64,000 nt of DNA, from assembly GCA_965372795.1 (NCBI GenBank), contig CBDVDR010000005.1, positions 32,001 to 96,000 of the forward strand, read 5' to 3'. Source of the DNA: an uncultured bacterium (GTDB taxonomy: Bacteria; Zixibacteria; MSB-5A5; GN15; FEB-12). A program made the translations under genes and the position numbers. The notes under the pieces were generated by a model, which was given only the letters and a program-made list of their open reading frames with translations, did no database searches and was not told the DNA's origin. Below are positions 1 to 9,212 of the stretch, piece by piece; position 1 is the first letter of the stretch, and every line of letters begins with the position of its first letter.

Positions 1-50
1 ACTGCCCATAAAAATATATGAATAAAATCTTAGCTAATATAAAACACAGG

Positions 51-1397
51 CTAAGCCTGTCCGTTAACCTTTTCATCAAGGAACGCCATGATTTCAGGAA
101 CCTTCATCCGTTTCTGTTCCATCGTGTCGCGATCACGAACCGTCATTGTCTCATCCTCAAGCGACTGACCATCAACCGTGATACAGAAAGGACATCCGGC
201 TTCATCCATCCGCGCATACCGCCGTCCCACCGCACCGGATTCATCATAGAAAACTTTGAACCGTTTTTTAATATCGGCTTCAACTTTCTTGGCAAACTCG
301 GGCATCCCGTCTTTTTTGACCAGCGGGAAAATCGCCGCCTTGATCGGAGCCACCTTTGGAGAAATTCGCATAAATACCCGTTTATCACCTTTGATCTCAA
401 CCTCATCATAAGCATCAACCAGAATCGTCAACAAGGTGCGGTCGCAGCCAGCCGAGGTTTCAATGATATACGGAAGGAATTTTTCAGGATACCGTTCATC
501 AAAATATCGCAGATCTTTTTTAGTAGCTTCCATATGCCGTCCCAGATCAAAATCGGTGCGGTTATGGATACCCTCAAGTTCCTGCCATCCGAACGGATAT
601 TCATACTCAATATCATACGCCGCTTTGGCATAATGCGCCAGATTGTCCGGACCGTGTTCATGCCAGCGAAGTTTATCAGTGTTGATCCCCAGTTCTTTAT
701 AGAAATTCCAGCGTTCCTGACGCCAGTACTCAAACCATTTTTCATCTTCATTCGGCGGCACAAAATACTGCATTTCCATCTGTTCAAACTCGCGGGTGCG
801 GAAAATAAAATTACCCGGTGTAATTTCATTTCGGAAAGCTTTACCAATCTGGGCAATCCCAAACGGTACTTTCTGGCGCGAAGAATTTTTAACATTCAGA
901 AAATTAACATAAATCCCCTGGGCGGTTTCAGGACGAAGGAAAATAGTTGCCGAGTTATCCTCAACCGGCCCCATAAAGGTTTTGAACATAAGATTAAAAT
1001 TTCGAACCTCGGTCAAGTCGCATCCGTGTTCAATCGGGGATTTGGATGGTTTCTCAGGACAACGGGCTTCATCAAGCTGATCAGCGCGGAAACGGGCTTT
1101 ACATTTTTTACAGTCAACCATCGGATCAACAAATTCGGTAACATGACCCGAGGTATGCCAGACTTCAGGGTGCATCAAAATAGCAGCATCAAGACCCTCA
1201 ATATCATTTCGGCGGTTGGTCATAGCATCCCACCATAAGGTTTTAAGATTACGCTTTAGCTCGGCTCCCAATGGTCCATAGTCCCAGCAGGAATTCAGTC
1301 CGCCATAAATTTCGGAGGATGGGTATACATAACCTTTGCGTTTACACAGTGAAACAATCTTTTCCATTTTGTCGTCTTTGTTTTTCTTTGCGCTCAT
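51..1397 (-). CDS. glyQS: Glycine--tRNA ligase (homodimeric alpha2 type)
   Basis: Class II aaRS motifs IYGG..WDYGPLG, LRPETAQGI, FRNEITPGNFIFRTREFEQME; C-terminal anticodon-binding domain (GRRYARMDEAG). Confidence 0.97.
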   Translation of the reverse strand: MSAKKNKDDKMEKIVSLCKRKGYVYPSSEIYGGLNSCWDYGPLGAELKRNLKTLWWDAMTNRRNDIEGLDAAILMHPEVWHTSGHVTEFVDPMVDCKKCKARFRADQLDEARCPEKPSKSPIEHGCDLTEVRNFNLMFKTFMGPVEDNSATIFLRPETAQGIYVNFLNVKNSSRQKVPFGIAQIGKAFRNEITPGNFIFRTREFEQMEMQYFVPPNEDEKWFEYWRQERWNFYKELGINTDKLRWHEHGPDNLAHYAKAAYDIEYEYPFGWQELEGIHNRTDFDLGRHMEATKKDLRYFDERYPEKFLPYIIETSAGCDRTLLTILVDAYDEVEIKGDKRVFMRISPKVAPIKAAIFPLVKKDGMPEFAKKVEADIKKRFKVFYDESGAVGRRYARMDEAGCPFCITVDGQSLEDETMTVRDRDTMEQKRMKVPEIMAFLDEKVNGQA

Positions 1398-1406
1398 CTT
1401 AATCCT

Positions 1407-2201
1407 TTATAGTCCAATCGTTTGGCTGTTTTTCAATTTTTCTAAAAACTCAAGTGATTTAAGATTCGATTTTAAATCGGCCTGATAACTCAAAAGTTTC
1501 TGCAATGCATCCAAAAGCAGCGAGGTCTGTTGGTACCCTATCGGTAAAGCACAGGCTTCGCTCAAGGAAGCTTTCTGTAGAGCAATCAACAACCTGAGGT
1601 TGTCGGATGATAGGGGAATATAATAATCTCCTGCAATTTGGCAAGAGCGACATACAACTCCGCCCCGTTTTGGTGAAAGCGAGTATTCTTTACCGGAATT
1701 TTCAATATTGATCTCTTTATTACAGTTAACACAAAATTGCAATGACGGATGATAACCCAATTGAGAAATAATTCGCAGGAAAAAGGCAACAAACAGCGAT
1801 GGCAAAAACTGTTTTTCAGCCTTATCAATCATCTCAAGGTATTTTATAAAATATTGATAAATTGCCCGTTGCGGCTGCTCATCCGGTAATAGCATATTAA
1901 GCATCTCGCAGGCGGCTGAACCATACGCCAATCGTCCGAGAGTCCCGTCTTTTTCGAAAGTGTACATCTGCAAAAGTTCAGAATCTGAAACATAGCCATT
2001 GCTTTCTTTTTCAGAACTATAGAAAGTTACATCAAGTTTTGAAAATGGCTGAAGTCTGCCCCGTTTTGTTTTGAAAGATCGCCCGCCTTTATCAACCAGA
2101 GGAAGCCGTCCGTATTCTTTTGAGAAAAAGACAACCGTCCGTGATGATTCTGACCAGTTGAAGGTTTTTAGGATAACCGCTTCGGTTTTTTCAAGAGCCA
2201 T
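1407..2201 (-). CDS. recO: DNA repair protein RecO
   Basis: N-terminal OB fold (TEAVILKT..ESSRTVVFFSKEYG, LQPF); Zn motifs CVNC and GGVVCRSC; directly upstream of glyQS. Confidence 0.93.
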   Translation of the reverse strand: MALEKTEAVILKTFNWSESSRTVVFFSKEYGRLPLVDKGGRSFKTKRGRLQPFSKLDVTFYSSEKESNGYVSDSELLQMYTFEKDGTLGRLAYGSAACEMLNMLLPDEQPQRAIYQYFIKYLEMIDKAEKQFLPSLFVAFFLRIISQLGYHPSLQFCVNCNKEINIENSGKEYSLSPKRGGVVCRSCQIAGDYYIPLSSDNLRLLIALQKASLSEACALPIGYQQTSLLLDALQKLLSYQADLKSNLKSLEFLEKLKNSQTIGL

Positions 2202-2204
2202 AGT

Positions 2205-2570
2205 TTACCTGCCGCGGTAGCGGTAGATGGTTTCATCCGGGTATGACATGAAATATTTTGTACGGGCAATATACTCGATATAATTTCGGTCAGTGCGTAA
2301 CATCTCCCGCTCGCGCTGAGCATCAATTAATTCAGCAATCAGCTGCCTATTTTCACCTGTCAAAGCTGATTCTTCAAGCTCAAGCCTGATAATACGGGGA
2401 ATTCCGTAGGTTCCGCTCATAAATGAATATCCTACCATTACTAATAGGATCCAGAGCCCAAAACGCAGATATTTACGTCGCAAACGTACATCGGTCGACG
2501 ACAGTTTTTTAATAAAATTATCTGCCAAAGGAGCCAAAAATGAGCGGTTTTTTTTAACGCGGCGAGTCAT
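2205..2570 (-). CDS. Septum formation initiator family protein (FtsB/DivIC-like)
   Basis: One TM helix, coiled coil, YIEYIARTKYFMSYPDETIY motif. Confidence 0.8.
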   Translation of the reverse strand: MTRRVKKNRSFLAPLADNFIKKLSSTDVRLRRKYLRFGLWILLVMVGYSFMSGTYGIPRIIRLELEESALTGENRQLIAELIDAQREREMLRTDRNYIEYIARTKYFMSYPDETIYRYRGR

Positions 2571-2675
2571 GGCGATATATAACAGATATTAGATTATCCC
2601 GGCAAGTTTAAACTTTGATACTTCAAAATGTCCTAAAATTTTCACAAAAGACAATAAAAAAGTGAATGAAATATA

Positions 2676-2694
2676 CTGTTCAATATTTGAACAG
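2676..2694. promoter_or_regulatory. Palindromic putative operator CTGTTCAA-N3-TTGAACAG
   Basis: Perfect 8-3-8 inverted repeat in the divergent intergenic region; near-identical copy at 4180-4198. Confidence 0.55.
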
Positions 2695-2876
2695 CCTATT
2701 GCTGTGACCGATGTGAGAAGATAACAACTCAATAAAACTAAATTAAATGCCGATCAATTAGTCAATGAGCAATTTGTCCCTGGGGCTTGAAAAATTTAAA
2801 TCTAAACATAAATCATAGCCTGCTCCAGTTAGTAAATATAATAAGAAAAATTTGACTGCAAATAAAAGGAGTACTC

Positions 2877-3263
2877 ATGAAAATCCTAATCGCCGAAGAT
2901 TCTGCCCTTATGCGAAAAGCAATTGGAAAAACAGTTGTAGGAACCGGATTCAAAATGATTGAAGCTCTTAATGGAGCCGAAGCGTTGACGCTTTTAAGAA
3001 AAAACTGCACCGAAATCGCCCTTATCATTCTCGACTGGAATATGCCGGTAATGGATGGATATGAAGCGTTATTAAAAATAAGAGCAAATTCAGGCTATGA
3101 TCATATCCCGGTATTGATGGCAACCTCTGATGGTGTTGAAGAAGATGTGATCAAAGCCATTAAAGCGGGTGCAAATTCATATCTGGTAAAACCATTCACT
3201 CTTGAACAAATGACCAGACAAATTGAAAAACTTACCGGGAGCTCATCGGTTAAAACTTCCTGA
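2877..3263 (+). CDS. cheY: Single-domain response regulator, CheY-like
   Basis: ILIAEDS, LIILDWNMPVMDG, YLVKPF; SD AAGGAG upstream; next to a CheX-domain gene. Confidence 0.85.
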   Translation: MKILIAEDSALMRKAIGKTVVGTGFKMIEALNGAEALTLLRKNCTEIALIILDWNMPVMDGYEALLKIRANSGYDHIPVLMATSDGVEEDVIKAIKAGANSYLVKPFTLEQMTRQIEKLTGSSSVKTS

Positions 3264-3278
3264 TGAAGTATATTATTA

Positions 3279-4133
3279 ATGAGAAAATTACTGTACATAA
3301 CCAATTCCCAAAATAATATTGATGCTCTTTCAAAATGCATCGAGAAAGATTTTGAAATCGAATCATCGGATAGTTTCAAATCCGATATTGTAACTGATCA
3401 AGACGTTATTGTGATTGATTTAAATACCGGTTCGGTTGAAGAGATGGGAATTCTTGAAATGCTTCGAACCGCAACAGCATATAAAAATATTCCCATTCTT
3501 TTGTCAGTGAACGACTCCTGTTCAGAGATTGTCTGTCGGGGACTTTCCGGAGGAGCATCAGATATTTTGGTGCAGCCATTTATCAAAACAAATGTAGAAG
3601 AGACGCTCAATAATTCTTTAAAACCAAACAAAAATATCTCCCTTGCTGATTCTGAAGTTATTCGTCTGTTTATTTCATCATTTGAACTAGTATTACAGAC
3701 AACTGCTGGATATGAAATCAAACATAATCAAGAATTTATCCGAAGAGATTACCAATTCTGTGGCGATCTAACCGCTTCCATTGAACTTTCCGGAAGTGTT
3801 ATTGGTACTGTTTCAATCTCAATGAATACTAAAACTGCCCGACATATGTCTGCCAGTATTGCCTGGATGGAACCTGATGAACTCGATGAACAGATGATTA
3901 GTGAGGGTATTGCTGAAATAGCAAATCAGGTTGCCGGTCGAGTTCGAACAATATTATCCAATCAGAACGAGAAAATTGAGATATCATTGCCGGAAGTTGT
4001 TAACAGTTTTGGTCAAAAGGCTGTTCCAAAGCTGGATGAACCCCTTTATACCGTAATATTCGAGATCAACGGAAGTTTCCTTGCTTTGCAGCTATGTCTT
4101 AGCAAAGTAGCCAAATCCCCGGTTACTGTATAA
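3279..4133 (+). CDS. Degenerate receiver domain fused to CheX-type phosphatase
   Basis: N-terminal REC-like fold (VIVIDL, GASDILVQPF); C-terminal CheX/CheC motif EGIAEIANQVAG...ISLPEVV. Confidence 0.8.
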   Translation: MRKLLYITNSQNNIDALSKCIEKDFEIESSDSFKSDIVTDQDVIVIDLNTGSVEEMGILEMLRTATAYKNIPILLSVNDSCSEIVCRGLSGGASDILVQPFIKTNVEETLNNSLKPNKNISLADSEVIRLFISSFELVLQTTAGYEIKHNQEFIRRDYQFCGDLTASIELSGSVIGTVSISMNTKTARHMSASIAWMEPDELDEQMISEGIAEIANQVAGRVRTILSNQNEKIEISLPEVVNSFGQKAVPKLDEPLYTVIFEINGSFLALQLCLSKVAKSPVTV

Positions 4134-4179
4134 TTTCCAATATCAGATTATCATTTAAATTTCATAATATTTTATAGAA

Positions 4180-4198
4180 CTGTTCAAATATTGCACAG
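4180..4198. promoter_or_regulatory. Second copy of palindromic operator (CTGTTCAA-ATA-TTGCACAG)
   Basis: One arm mismatch relative to 2676-2694; about 130 nt upstream of the 4329 gene. Confidence 0.5.
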
Positions 4199-4328
4199 TT
4201 AATTTTCTTGTAATAGATCATAAGTAGAACAGATTTCTATCCGATAATAGTAGAAAGTAATTGAGCTACGGCGGATATTTATATCTGTAATAATGACAAC
4301 GAGTTTAAGGCAATCAAGGTATTAAAAA

Positions 4329-6455
4329 ATGAGAAAAAAACGTCTCGATGATATACTTCTAAATCAGACCTCTGTTACAGAAGGTCAAATTAAAATAGCT
4401 TTAAAACATCAGAAAATCTATGGTGGAAAATTTGGTTCTCTTTTGATGCACCACGGTTTTGTAGATGAAGATTCGCTTGTAAAAGCCTTAGCGACCCAGT
4501 ACGATTGTGAAGGTGTCGTATTATCCCATTTGGAAATTGACGATTCTATTTTAAATATGATTTCGGCCGAACTGGCTGTCTCTCGTGCATTGGTACCATT
4601 TGAATATAACAAAAAAGAACAAATTCTTAAAGTTGCCTGTGAAGAACCAAATAATGAAGAGCTAAGAAACGAACTGATTTTTGCAACATCAATTGATACT
4701 GTTCAACTTTATATCGCAGCCGAACTTGCAATTGTTGATATTATTGAAGAACATTATAAACCTCTTTTAGACGAAGAAGATTTAACTCGAAGTCCTTATT
4801 CGGCAAGTTCAAAAATTTCAATTGATTTAGTCAATGAATCGGTAAGCAGTATTGACAATGATTTTGATATAACCCAGCGAACAGCCATGCTTGTAACTGA
4901 TGATGAAAATTTCAGTCCCTTTGTAAAACTATTGCTAGAAGAAGATAATTTTGAAGTTATCGTAGTTGACAATGTGCATGATGCAATTGATATGCTTGAG
5001 GGTAAAAAATATTTTGCAGTATTTATCAAGGATACTGTTTCGGGCGACTACCTTGATTTAATCGACCGTATCCGAAAAAAAACTCCAGATACGCTGGTTC
5101 GATATTTTGAATCTGCCACCGGACTTCTTTTAAACGATTTCCAGAATCTAACAGAGAATAGTCTACTTGAAAAAAACCTTGAAATATTTACTTCTTTGCT
5201 GTCTATAAAAGAAAATTTAAATTCTAATCACAGTGGCCGAGTTGGTGAGTATGCCATTAAACTTTGTCAACGAATGGGAATCCCGCCAACAGAAAGAGCC
5301 CAAATTTGCAATGCCGGCTTTATTCATGATCTGGCAAAATTTTATTTCCCATCATGCAAAAATGCAGGCTACCGAATTCAGATTGATAAAACTATCAAGT
5401 TGCTAAAATCATTAAATTATGATCCCGTAGTAATTGTTATGCTTAAATCAATGTATATAAATTTGAAAAAGAAATATACAAAACGATTACCGATAGAAAT
5501 TTTGGGCGGCAATATATTGACAATTGCTGATCTGTTTTGTGACACCATTCCCTCAGACCAACAACTTACTCTGGATAAATTCGGATTACTTAAGAAGAAG
5601 CTGTATGATATGGTCGGTAACTTATTTCTTGAAGAAGTTGTCGATGCTTTTATCAGTCTTCTTCAAAAAGAGATGTTTAACTCTCGCGCGAGTAAACGTT
5701 TCAGTCAGGTTTTTATCTATTCAAATGTACCGGAAAGCACTTATCCGATAGAGACCCATCTAAAAAAAGAAAGATTTCGAACTATTTCAGTTAACTCAAC
5801 GGAAACTTTTGTAAAACTGTACACCCGAAGCAAACCGGATCTTGTTGTTCTTCATCTTTTAACAGATCCTGATTCGATAATTGCTACGATTGAAAATCTT
5901 TCGAAAAATGGAATCGATTTTTCAACAATTCCAACTTTGTTGCTGGTGGATAATGAACATATAAACCAGCTCTCTTCTCTTTTCTCAACCGGTATTGAAG
6001 ATATTATGGATTATTTAACTAACCATGATTTTATAATTCTAAAAATCAAAAAGATTCGTGACCGCGCTATTGAAATGAATGAAAAACAAAGAGCTATTAT
6101 CAAAGGTGAAACAATTACCAAAGGGAATCTTAAAGATTTAAATTTAATCGATCTGCTTCAAGCCCTTGGACCGAGTCGCAGAACATCAAAGATAACAATT
6201 AAACCTTATGACTCTGAGAATGAGCACCTTGATATATTCCTTGCAAATGGCAATATTATCTATGCCAAATTAAATGAATTAATAGGTGCCGAAGCCGTAT
6301 ATAGCGCGCTTAATTGGAATGACGGCATCTGGACAGTTGAAGTAGTAAGGCATGATAAGTTACCTGAGCCCAACAATGAAATTCCAAATGAATCAATCCT
6401 GATGGAAGGCTGTCGTTTGATAGATGAGCGAAATCAAAAAGTAACGGTGAAGTAA
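4329..6455 (+). CDS. Multidomain signalling protein: MshEN/T2SSE_N, REC-like, degenerate HD-GYP-like, REC-like, DUF4388 (PATAN)
   Basis: RLDDILL..Q..GGKFGSLLMHHGFV; HSGRVGEYA..AGFIHDLAK; C-terminal GNLKDLNLIDLLQAL..GNIIYA..GAEAVY..W..G..SILMEGCRLIDE. Confidence 0.75.
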   Translation: MRKKRLDDILLNQTSVTEGQIKIALKHQKIYGGKFGSLLMHHGFVDEDSLVKALATQYDCEGVVLSHLEIDDSILNMISAELAVSRALVPFEYNKKEQILKVACEEPNNEELRNELIFATSIDTVQLYIAAELAIVDIIEEHYKPLLDEEDLTRSPYSASSKISIDLVNESVSSIDNDFDITQRTAMLVTDDENFSPFVKLLLEEDNFEVIVVDNVHDAIDMLEGKKYFAVFIKDTVSGDYLDLIDRIRKKTPDTLVRYFESATGLLLNDFQNLTENSLLEKNLEIFTSLLSIKENLNSNHSGRVGEYAIKLCQRMGIPPTERAQICNAGFIHDLAKFYFPSCKNAGYRIQIDKTIKLLKSLNYDPVVIVMLKSMYINLKKKYTKRLPIEILGGNILTIADLFCDTIPSDQQLTLDKFGLLKKKLYDMVGNLFLEEVVDAFISLLQKEMFNSRASKRFSQVFIYSNVPESTYPIETHLKKERFRTISVNSTETFVKLYTRSKPDLVVLHLLTDPDSIIATIENLSKNGIDFSTIPTLLLVDNEHINQLSSLFSTGIEDIMDYLTNHDFIILKIKKIRDRAIEMNEKQRAIIKGETITKGNLKDLNLIDLLQALGPSRRTSKITIKPYDSENEHLDIFLANGNIIYAKLNELIGAEAVYSALNWNDGIWTVEVVRHDKLPEPNNEIPNESILMEGCRLIDERNQKVTVK

Positions 6456-6459
6456 ATTA

Positions 6460-7512
6460 TTATTTTTTGGCTGCTCTGATTAAGACCCCTAATTTTGTAC
6501 CTTGAATATTTTTAATTTTTTTGGGAATATCTACATAATAAGATTCAACATTTAATGCAATTTGTTGTGATTTATTGTCTAAATTCATTTTTTGATAGCA
6601 CTCATAAATATTATGGTCGCACTCTATTAAATTAAAATAATTGCCCGGGTCCTTAATGAGTTTCTCTCTGATTATCTTATAATTTTTCAAAGCCAATGAC
6701 CAATTGTTATTCCCCTGATACGCTTCAGCCAAAGGCCATCGGAATAGTTTTCCATCCGGAAAAATCTTCAATAATTTATTACAGGCAATAATAACCGAAT
6801 CGAATTTTTTGGAATCAAGCCAGACCCAGATCAAACCGTTTAATGATGCTTCTTTAGAAATCAGCGATGAGTCAGTGGCAAGGCGCAATTCGGCGATTCC
6901 TCTTTTTTTATCATTTTTAAAAAATCCTAATTTTCTTAAAATTCCTGCTTTGGCAGATTTCCAATAATGGAATCCGCCTAAGCCCATATATAAATCGTAT
7001 AAATCCCCCTTCAAATTTAATCCAGTCTCATATTGATTCTTGGCATTATAAGCCTGCTTAATACTGCTGAATTTTGATCCGAACCGAGATTCCCATAACG
7101 AGCGATAAAGCAAAGCATGCCCTTTAAACAGATACATCCAGGCTTGAGTCTTGACAGAACCGGTGGCTATAATATTATCAGCAAGCAGGTGAACCGAATC
7201 CAAAACTGCCAAATAATGTTCATCGAATAGATTCTCTTCCCGGTCGGTCATCATACCGATCATATATGATGCTTTGAGAATATATCCTGAAGGGTCATTT
7301 AAGTTATTACTTATATATGATTGAATAAAAGAATCAGCACTGGTGAAATTATCATTAAACAGGAATTCCTGAACTTGTAAAAAGCTCTCGATTTTTTGAT
7401 CATTCATGTATTCAGCAGTTTCAGGATTCTGAGCCATAGACAATACGGGGGATAACAAACTGGTCAGACCAATTATAAGATATAAAAAAAACTTACCGGA
7501 ATTATATTTCAT
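6460..7512 (-). CDS. Secreted helical-repeat (TPR-like) protein
   Basis: Signal peptide, all-alpha TPR-like pattern (DLYMGLGGFHYW). Confidence 0.55.
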   Translation of the reverse strand: MKYNSGKFFLYLIIGLTSLLSPVLSMAQNPETAEYMNDQKIESFLQVQEFLFNDNFTSADSFIQSYISNNLNDPSGYILKASYMIGMMTDREENLFDEHYLAVLDSVHLLADNIIATGSVKTQAWMYLFKGHALLYRSLWESRFGSKFSSIKQAYNAKNQYETGLNLKGDLYDLYMGLGGFHYWKSAKAGILRKLGFFKNDKKRGIAELRLATDSSLISKEASLNGLIWVWLDSKKFDSVIIACNKLLKIFPDGKLFRWPLAEAYQGNNNWSLALKNYKIIREKLIKDPGNYFNLIECDHNIYECYQKMNLDNKSQQIALNVESYYVDIPKKIKNIQGTKLGVLIRAAKK

Positions 7513-7555
7513 TCTGGTAAGTTATCTAATTATTTTTATAATTCAATAAAATTAT

Positions 7556-8347
7556 CTAAAGAATCGAATATCCCGGTACAAAATTCAACAGTTCCACGTC
7601 GCGATCATTAGTCGCAGTTATAATTATCGCCTTTTCAGTTTGGTGGAAGACCAAACGACATCCTCGACAATGATGATCAAACATTTCGATATTATTTTGC
7701 AAGACGCTATTTTCTTTTAAATCTTCGGGGATTTCAAATTCAGAAACAGGAGCAATAAACACTGACACTTTAATCCCGTTTTCAGAATAAGTAAAGTGAG
7801 CCATCTCGACCCCCATAAGTTCTTCAAAATAACCACCGGAGAGGATAAAATTATCAACTGAGCCAGCGATAGTATAGCCGAGTTTTTCTTTTATAGTATT
7901 TATAGCAAAAAACGTTTTTTGATCGTTAAAGACTATTTTGTTATTTCCAGACACAGAAAAATGAGCCTGTTCGAAGGAATCATAGAGATTGTAATGACGT
8001 ACAAAATCCGAGGCGAAGAATGAGGCGCCGATTAAAATTACCAGCGAGGCGGCAGCCACTAAGGTCATGGCAGTCAGATTAAATCTTTTATTTTTTTTTG
8101 AAGACATCTGACAATCAATCTGGTCGAGTTCCGATAGAATATTAGATTTTAATTTATCCAGATTGCCATTTGGGTTATTAGATTTTGTTTTGGCGGTTAT
8201 AAGACTATTTATCTTCTCTTCAAGAGAAAACTTATCAAAACAGTCATGACATTTGCTTAAATGTTCTTTAACCTGTTTTTCGTCAATTTCTTTGGTTTCT
8301 TTATCAATGTAATCGTACAATAACTCTAAGGCTTCTTGACAGTTCAT
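7556..8347 (-). CDS. Zinc-binding anti-sigma factor (zf-HC2) with TM helix and extracytoplasmic domain
   Basis: MNCQEALELLYDYID...HLSKCHDC (HxxxCxxC); TM AMTLVAAASLVILIG; ATGA overlap with sigma gene. Confidence 0.9.
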   Translation of the reverse strand: MNCQEALELLYDYIDKETKEIDEKQVKEHLSKCHDCFDKFSLEEKINSLITAKTKSNNPNGNLDKLKSNILSELDQIDCQMSSKKNKRFNLTAMTLVAAASLVILIGASFFASDFVRHYNLYDSFEQAHFSVSGNNKIVFNDQKTFFAINTIKEKLGYTIAGSVDNFILSGGYFEELMGVEMAHFTYSENGIKVSVFIAPVSEFEIPEDLKENSVLQNNIEMFDHHCRGCRLVFHQTEKAIIITATNDRDVELLNFVPGYSIL

Positions 8348-8934
8348 TTGCTTGTATCCCTGATGTAACCGTTTTTCACAGCATACTCATATAATTCTTT
8401 TTGTAACAATTTTCTTCCACGGTGTAAACGGGATTTCACAGTTCCTAACTGAAGATCAGCAATTTCTGCAATCTCCTGATAGGAAAAACCTTCGAGAAAG
8501 GACAATACAATTACTAAGCGGAAATCATCGGGCAAGTTTTCAATCGCCTTTTTGACATCATCATCAAATAATTTAGCAAATAATTCCTTCTCAGGGTTAT
8601 CCATTGTTACGCCGCTTGCCAATTGACCATAAAGAAAGTTATCATCGATTTCATCAACATTAACCGCCATCGGGGAACGGGACTTGGAGCGATATTCATT
8701 TATGAATATGTTGGTCATTATTTTAAATAACCACGCCCGACAGTTAGAACCCGGTTCAAACTTGTCCCAGAAACGATATGCTTTAACCAAAGCTTCCTGA
8801 ACCAGATCTTCAGCGTCCTTTTCGTTCTTAGTCATCCTAAGAGCAGTTCGGTACAGAGCGTCCATATGAGGTAAAGCCTCTTTTTCAAACGCCCTCCGCT
8901 TGTTCTGAATCGTTCCTTTTCCGATAGCCATCAT
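8344..8934 (-). CDS. ECF sigma factor, SigH/SigR-like
   Basis: DAEDLVQE, AWLFKIMTN, FSYQEIAEI..GTVKSRLHRGR. Confidence 0.93.
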   Translation of the reverse strand: MMAIGKGTIQNKRRAFEKEALPHMDALYRTALRMTKNEKDAEDLVQEALVKAYRFWDKFEPGSNCRAWLFKIMTNIFINEYRSKSRSPMAVNVDEIDDNFLYGQLASGVTMDNPEKELFAKLFDDDVKKAIENLPDDFRLVIVLSFLEGFSYQEIAEIADLQLGTVKSRLHRGRKLLQKELYEYAVKNGYIRDTSK

Positions 8935-8988
8935 TTAATGGTTCCAATCAAACTTGCAAAATCGGCTAATCGGTCATTCAATAATTTC

Positions 8989-9014
8989 AACATATCCAAA
9001 GCTCCAGAAGTTCC
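8989..9014 (-). promoter_or_regulatory. Putative autoregulatory ECF promoter GGAAC-N18-GTT
   Basis: Minus strand GGAAC ttctggagctttggatat GTT, about 55 nt upstream of the sigma start; fits the SigR/SigH-type consensus. Confidence 0.6.
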
Positions 9015-9212
9015 CTTAAAGGCAAATTTGTGCAATATCTACCATTTATTATTGGTGATAAGTTGATTTATACCAATACTTTGTGTAAACACCCTTAAAT
9101 CAAGATAACCAATCACAGAATACATATCAAGGATTAAACCAACCATAGTTTTCATTATTTGATATTTGATTAATAGATTGAATTGCGATAAGTCTGAATT
9201 AGTCTATTACAA

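Noticed and set aside
18..1238. 406-aa plus-strand ORF
   Set aside because: Antisense shadow of glyQS with no recognisable motifs
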